DNA from: Alphaproteobacteria bacterium
GTDB lineage: Bacteria; Pseudomonadota; Alphaproteobacteria; 16-39-46; JABJFC01
DNA length: 64,000 nucleotides
Direction of reading: 5' to 3'
NCBI GenBank assembly: GCA_018662925.1
Contig: JABJFC010000057.1
Span: forward strand, 19,194 to 83,193
Part shown: positions 59,767 to 64,000 of the stretch, piece by piece
Layout: every line of letters begins with the position of its first letter
Position numbering within the stretch: the first letter of the stretch is position 1
Program-made: the position numbers and the translations under genes
The notes under the pieces: generated by a model
Told to the model about the DNA's origin: nothing
The model's database searches: none
What the model saw: only the letters and a program-made list of their open reading frames with translations

Positions 59767-62673
59767 GTGACAACAGATTCATCAACGGCACTCGATATTG
59801 AACCCATTACCATAGAAGAGGAAATGAAGAAGTCCTACTTGGATTACGCCATGAGCGTGATCGTCAGTAGGGCTATTCCCGATGTACGAGACGGATTAAA
59901 ACCCGTGCATCGTCGGATTCTCTTTGCCATGGGTGAAGTGGGGCTGGATTACAATAGGCCCTATAAAAAATCAGCCAGAACGGTTGGTGATGTGATGGCC
60001 AAATACCATCCTCATGGGGAAATGGCCATCTATGATGCTTTGGTTCGAATGGCCCAGGATTTCTCTATGGGACTTATGTTGGTTGATGGACAAGGGAACT
60101 TTGGGTCCGTGGATGGTGATCCCGCCGCGGCCATGCGCTATACGGAATCCCGCTTAAGTCGTCCTTCTCATTATTTGTTGGAAGACATCGATAAGGATAC
60201 CATCGATTTCAAAGCCAACTACGATGAGTCCATGAAGGAACCCACGCTTTTGCCAGCTCGTTTCCCAAATGTTTTGGTAAATGGAGCCAGCGGTATTGCA
60301 GTGGGTATGGCGACTAATATTCCTCCCCATAATTTGGGTGAATTGTTGGATGCGTGTTGTGCTTATGTGGACAATCCTGATGTAACGTTGGAAGAACTCA
60401 TGGAACTCGTTCCGGGTCCTGACTTTCCCACGGGTGGAAGCATTTTAGGAAGAGCGGGAATTTTGTCTGCTTTCCAGACAGGGCGTGGTTCGGTTTTGAT
60501 GCGCGCCAAGACACATATAGAAGAGATTCGCAAGGATCGTGAAGCGATCATTGTAACGCAAATTCCATATCAGGTGAACAAGGCCAAATTGGTTGCTCGA
60601 ATAGCTGAACTCGTCCATGGGAAGATCATAGAAGGTATTTCCGATCTGAGAGATGAGTCTGATCGTCAGGGGATGCGGGTCGTCATTGAGTTGAAGCGGG
60701 ATGCTGTTTCAGATGTGGTCTTGAGTTTGCTTCATCGGCACACATCCTTACAGACTTCTTTTGGGGTGAACATGTTAGCTCTGAACAAAGGGCAGCCGAT
60801 TTTGATGGGCCTCAAGGATGTGCTCGTTGCCTTTGTGGAATTCCGGGAAGAGGTGATTACTCGTCGCACTCGATTTGAGCTGGATAAAGCCCGAAATAAG
60901 GCTCATGTTCTTGCTGGTTTAGCAATTGCAGTTGCCAATATTGATCCTGTTATAGCGCTAATTCGCAATGCTGCTGATCCCGAAGTGGCGCGTCAACAGC
61001 TCATGGAAAAGCCTTGGCCAGCAGAATCAGTGGCGCCTCTCATCGCGCTTATTGACGATCCTGAGTATCAAGTGGTTGATGGGAAATACAAGCTTTCCGA
61101 AGTTCAAGCGCGGGCCATTTTGGAGTTGCGACTCCATAGACTGACTGGCCTCGAACGGGATAAGATCGGATCTGACTTGGAAGCTCTTGCTGCCGTTATA
61201 AAGGACTATTTGGAGATTTTAGCATCCCGTCCTCGCCGTCTTGCGATCATGAAGGAAGAGTTCCTAGAAGTTAAAGAAAAATTTGCCGTGCCACGTCGGA
61301 CTCAAATCGAAGATGGTGAATTTACCCATGACATGGAATCATTGATTCAGCGCGAAGAGATGGTGGTGACCGTGAGCCATGAGGGTTATATTAAGCGAGT
61401 GCCTCTATCTACTTACCGTTCTCAAAAGCGTGGAGGGCGGGGCCGAACAGGCATGTCCACACGTGATGAAGATTTTGTGGATGATCTTTTTGTGGCCAAC
61501 ACGCATACGCCCGTGCTGTTTTTCTCTAAGAAGGGGAAAGTGTACCAACTGAAGGTATATCGGTTACCCATGGGGTCGGCCCAAGCCAGAGGAAAGGCTA
61601 TGGTCAATATCTTCCCAGTGGACGGGGACGAAAATATTTCAACTGTATTGCCGTTGCCCGAAGATAGAGAAGAGAGCGAGGGCAAATTCATTTTCTTTGC
61701 CACATCTTCTGGAAATGTCAGAAGGAACTCCATTGATGATTTTTCCAATATTCGCGCCAACGGAAAAATAGCTATGAAGCTGGACGATGGGGAAAAGCTG
61801 ATCGGCGTTTCCCTCTGTTCAGAAGGGGACACAGTTCTGCTGTCTACTAAGTTGGGCAAGTGCATTCGATTCCCAATGGATAAGGTTCGTGTTTTTGCGG
61901 GTCGTGCCTCTAACGGTGTTAGGGGAATTAAATTGGCCAAGGACGATGAGGTTATTTCCATGTGTATCCTCAAGACGGGAGGATTTTCTTCGGAAGAAAG
62001 GGAAATGTACCTGAAGCAAGCCAATCGTGAGAGGCGTGGTGATGATGCTGAACTTGATACTGAAAATGCTACCCCGACTTTGCCGACGGAGAAATACCAA
62101 GAGATGGCAGAAATCGAGCAATTTATCCTGACGGTTTCGGAGAAGGGATTTGGGAAGCGCACTTCCAGCTATGCCTATCGTCAAACCAATCGCGGTGGTT
62201 CGGGAATTGTGAGCATGTCGTTGACCGAAAAGACCGGCGAAGTGGTTTCTTCTTTCCCGGTTTTGGAGGGAGACCAAGTGATGCTGGTGACCAATGGTGG
62301 TCAGCTAATTCGTTGTCCTATTCATGATATTCGACTTTGTGGCCGTCAGTCCCAAGGGGTGATTCTCTTCAGGGTAGGAAAGGGCGAAAAGGTGGTGTCT
62401 GTAACCGGTTTGACCGAAGAGAATCTTGCCCGTGCCAATGTGAACGGGGATGATGAAGAAGAATCTTCTGAGTCCATGGAAGGCGCTGAGGCGACGGAAG
62501 CCACCGAATCTATGGGGGGCGCAACAGAAGCTACTGAATCTGTCACGGCTAACGAAGGGGATTCTTCAGAGGCGACGTCGATTGTTGATTCTACAGAAGC
62601 TCCTGAATCGTCCGAAACGGAGACCTCATCCGAAGCAATTGGTGAAGATGAAGGTGATCCACAAGCGGAGTAA
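59767..62673 (+). CDS. gyrA: DNA gyrase subunit A
   Basis: [23 protein letters not shown], GyrA-box QKRGGRG; long acidic tail. Confidence 0.98.
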   Translation: MTTDSSTALDIEPITIEEEMKKSYLDYAMSVIVSRAIPDVRDGLKPVHRRILFAMGEVGLDYNRPYKKSARTVGDVMAKYHPHGEMAIYDALVRMAQDFSMGLMLVDGQGNFGSVDGDPAAAMRYTESRLSRPSHYLLEDIDKDTIDFKANYDESMKEPTLLPARFPNVLVNGASGIAVGMATNIPPHNLGELLDACCAYVDNPDVTLEELMELVPGPDFPTGGSILGRAGILSAFQTGRGSVLMRAKTHIEEIRKDREAIIVTQIPYQVNKAKLVARIAELVHGKIIEGISDLRDESDRQGMRVVIELKRDAVSDVVLSLLHRHTSLQTSFGVNMLALNKGQPILMGLKDVLVAFVEFREEVITRRTRFELDKARNKAHVLAGLAIAVANIDPVIALIRNAADPEVARQQLMEKPWPAESVAPLIALIDDPEYQVVDGKYKLSEVQARAILELRLHRLTGLERDKIGSDLEALAAVIKDYLEILASRPRRLAIMKEEFLEVKEKFAVPRRTQIEDGEFTHDMESLIQREEMVVTVSHEGYIKRVPLSTYRSQKRGGRGRTGMSTRDEDFVDDLFVANTHTPVLFFSKKGKVYQLKVYRLPMGSAQARGKAMVNIFPVDGDENISTVLPLPEDREESEGKFIFFATSSGNVRRNSIDDFSNIRANGKIAMKLDDGEKLIGVSLCSEGDTVLLSTKLGKCIRFPMDKVRVFAGRASNGVRGIKLAKDDEVISMCILKTGGFSSEEREMYLKQANRERRGDDAELDTENATPTLPTEKYQEMAEIEQFILTVSEKGFGKRTSSYAYRQTNRGGSGIVSMSLTEKTGEVVSSFPVLEGDQVMLVTNGGQLIRCPIHDIRLCGRQSQGVILFRVGKGEKVVSVTGLTEENLARANVNGDDEEESSESMEGAEATEATESMGGATEATESVTANEGDSSEATSIVDSTEAPESSETETSSEAIGEDEGDPQAE

Positions 62674-62682
62674 AGCTTATTG

Positions 62683-63185
62683 GTGCTGACAGAGTAGCTA
62701 TCTATCCTGGAACATTTGATCCCATAACTAAGGGCCACATAGATATTATCCAAAGGGCAGTTCCTCTTATGGATAGACTTGTTGTTGCCATTGCCAAGGA
62801 TACAACGAAAGATTCGCTTTTTTCCCTTAACGAACGATTGAGTCTTGTGCGTCAAGAGTTAGAATCTGTGGATGGTAAAGGATGTAAAATAGAGGTCCGT
62901 TCCTTTGAAGGCCTTTTGATTGATTTTTCAAAGGAAATCAAAAAAGAATTCAAGGCAGCTTCGTGTGTCATTGTGCGGGGCCTGCGGGTTGCTTCTGACT
63001 TTGAGTATGAATTCCAAATGGCGGGGATGAATAATAAGCTGAGTCCTGATTTTGAGACGCTCTTTCTCATGGCCTCCGATTGCTATCAATTTATTTCCTC
63101 CCGCTTTGTTCGTGAAATTGCCCGCTTGGGAGGAGACGTGACGCCCTTCGTTTCTGCTGCTGTAGTAAAGGCCTTGAAGCGCTAG
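62683..63185 (+). CDS. coaD: Phosphopantetheine adenylyltransferase (5' end lacks an in-frame canonical start)
   Basis: In-frame RVAIYPGTFDPITKGH upstream of the tracked ATG; RGLR..SDFEYE, ISSRFVREIA. Confidence 0.9.
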
Positions 63186-63263
63186 ATTTTCTTATGAGCT
63201 CGTGATCCAAGAAAACAAGCGTCCCCGTTTCAGGACAGCCTCTTTAAATATGGCAGGTTATCC

Positions 63264-64000
63264 TTAAAATAAATACTTCTCTAGTTTTTCCATTGTAAAT
63301 TCTTGCAATCCAAAAGCGTTTACCTCATCGCTAAGCGGATAGTCAATTTTTCCCGGATAGATAATGCTTACTTTCTCTAGGTCTAGTTCTTTGAGAGCCG
63401 AGCGAATTGAGGGGGTGATTTTGGGGGCATCTTGATATTTAAATTCAAATCCAAAGCGTTTCCCCTTTTTTAAGATGATGAGATCGAGTTCTGCTTGATT
63501 GTGGGTAGCCCAGAAATAGCAGTTATCAGTTTCTGCTCCCATTAGTTGAATGATTTGCTCCATAGCAAACCCTTCCCATGAAGCTCCCAAACCAGGATAT
63601 GTTTGCAAATCATCCCAGGTTTCAAGATTCCAAAAATAGTGTAGGAGTCCGCTATCACGAAAGAATAATTTAGGGCTCTTTACAAGGCGTTTTGATAAGT
63701 TGTTATGCCATGGTTTTAGAATACGAATCATAAATGTATCTGCCAGCAATTCTAGATAATTCTTAATGGTAGGATTTGATAGGTTCAGGCTCGATGATAT
63801 TTGTGAGGCATTAAATATTTGTCCATGAAAGTGTGATATCATTTTCCAGAAACGTCGGATATTTTCAGAAGAAGGTCGAAGACCCAGTGCAGGAAGGTCT
63901 TGTTCTATGTATGTGCGTGTATAGTTAGCTCTCCAATTGAAGCTTCCTTCATCAGTATTGTTAAGAAAGCTCGGGGGGAAGCCGCCGCGTAGCCACAGCT
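63264..64000 (-). CDS. AAA+ ATPase with DUF4143 domain (5' end runs off the window)
   Basis: LWLRGGFP, KRLVKSPKLFFRDSGLLH, GASWEGF, ELDL..GFEFK. Confidence 0.88.
   Translation of the reverse strand, partial: LWLRGGFPPSFLNNTDEGSFNWRANYTRTYIEQDLPALGLRPSSENIRRFWKMISHFHGQIFNASQISSSLNLSNPTIKNYLELLADTFMIRILKPWHNNLSKRLVKSPKLFFRDSGLLHYFWNLETWDDLQTYPGLGASWEGFAMEQIIQLMGAETDNCYFWATHNQAELDLIILKKGKRFGFEFKYQDAPKITPSIRSALKELDLEKVSIIYPGKIDYPLSDEVNAFGLQEFTMEKLEKYLF

Noticed and set aside
61422..62162. Long antisense ORFs inside gyrA and similar shadows in typA, ftsZ, rplY and mur genes
   Set aside because: They fully overlap well-supported genes on the other strand and have no motifs of their own

Overview
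Chromosomal window from an alphaproteobacterium. The gene content (alpha-type FtsZ tail, ssb-gyrA-coaD, CtrA boxes, LuxR solo, Sel1/LRR protein, BioY) suggests a Holosporales-like, probably protist-associated lineage; this placement is inference. Housekeeping blocks are typA, lipA-Coq10, a DEAD-box helicase, tRNA-Glu, a dcw cluster lacking both murF and ddl, ychF-pth-rplY-prs, a SurA/PpiD-like chaperone, gltA, ssb, gyrA and coaD. Between mraZ and ychF lies a ~24-kb accessory surface region (27.4-51.3 kb). It holds two chaperone-usher pilus systems (CS1/TcfC-like and Csu/spore-coat-U-like, with 8 pilin-like genes in total). Alongside them are four paralogous signal-peptide-bearing SAM-dependent methyltransferases of spermidine-synthase fold, similar to the METTL13 C-terminal domain, each with a conserved N-terminal and C-terminal Cys. 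The region also carries a RES-Xre toxin-antitoxin pair, a small Cys-rich exported protein and a Sel1-flavoprotein-LRR effector-like protein. The exported methyltransferase plus pilus association is the best candidate for an undescribed system. Other signals: composite CGTC-type REP-like palindromes at three sites, a candidate sRNA, operator-like repeats, and single-base deletions in prs and coaD (probably sequence errors).
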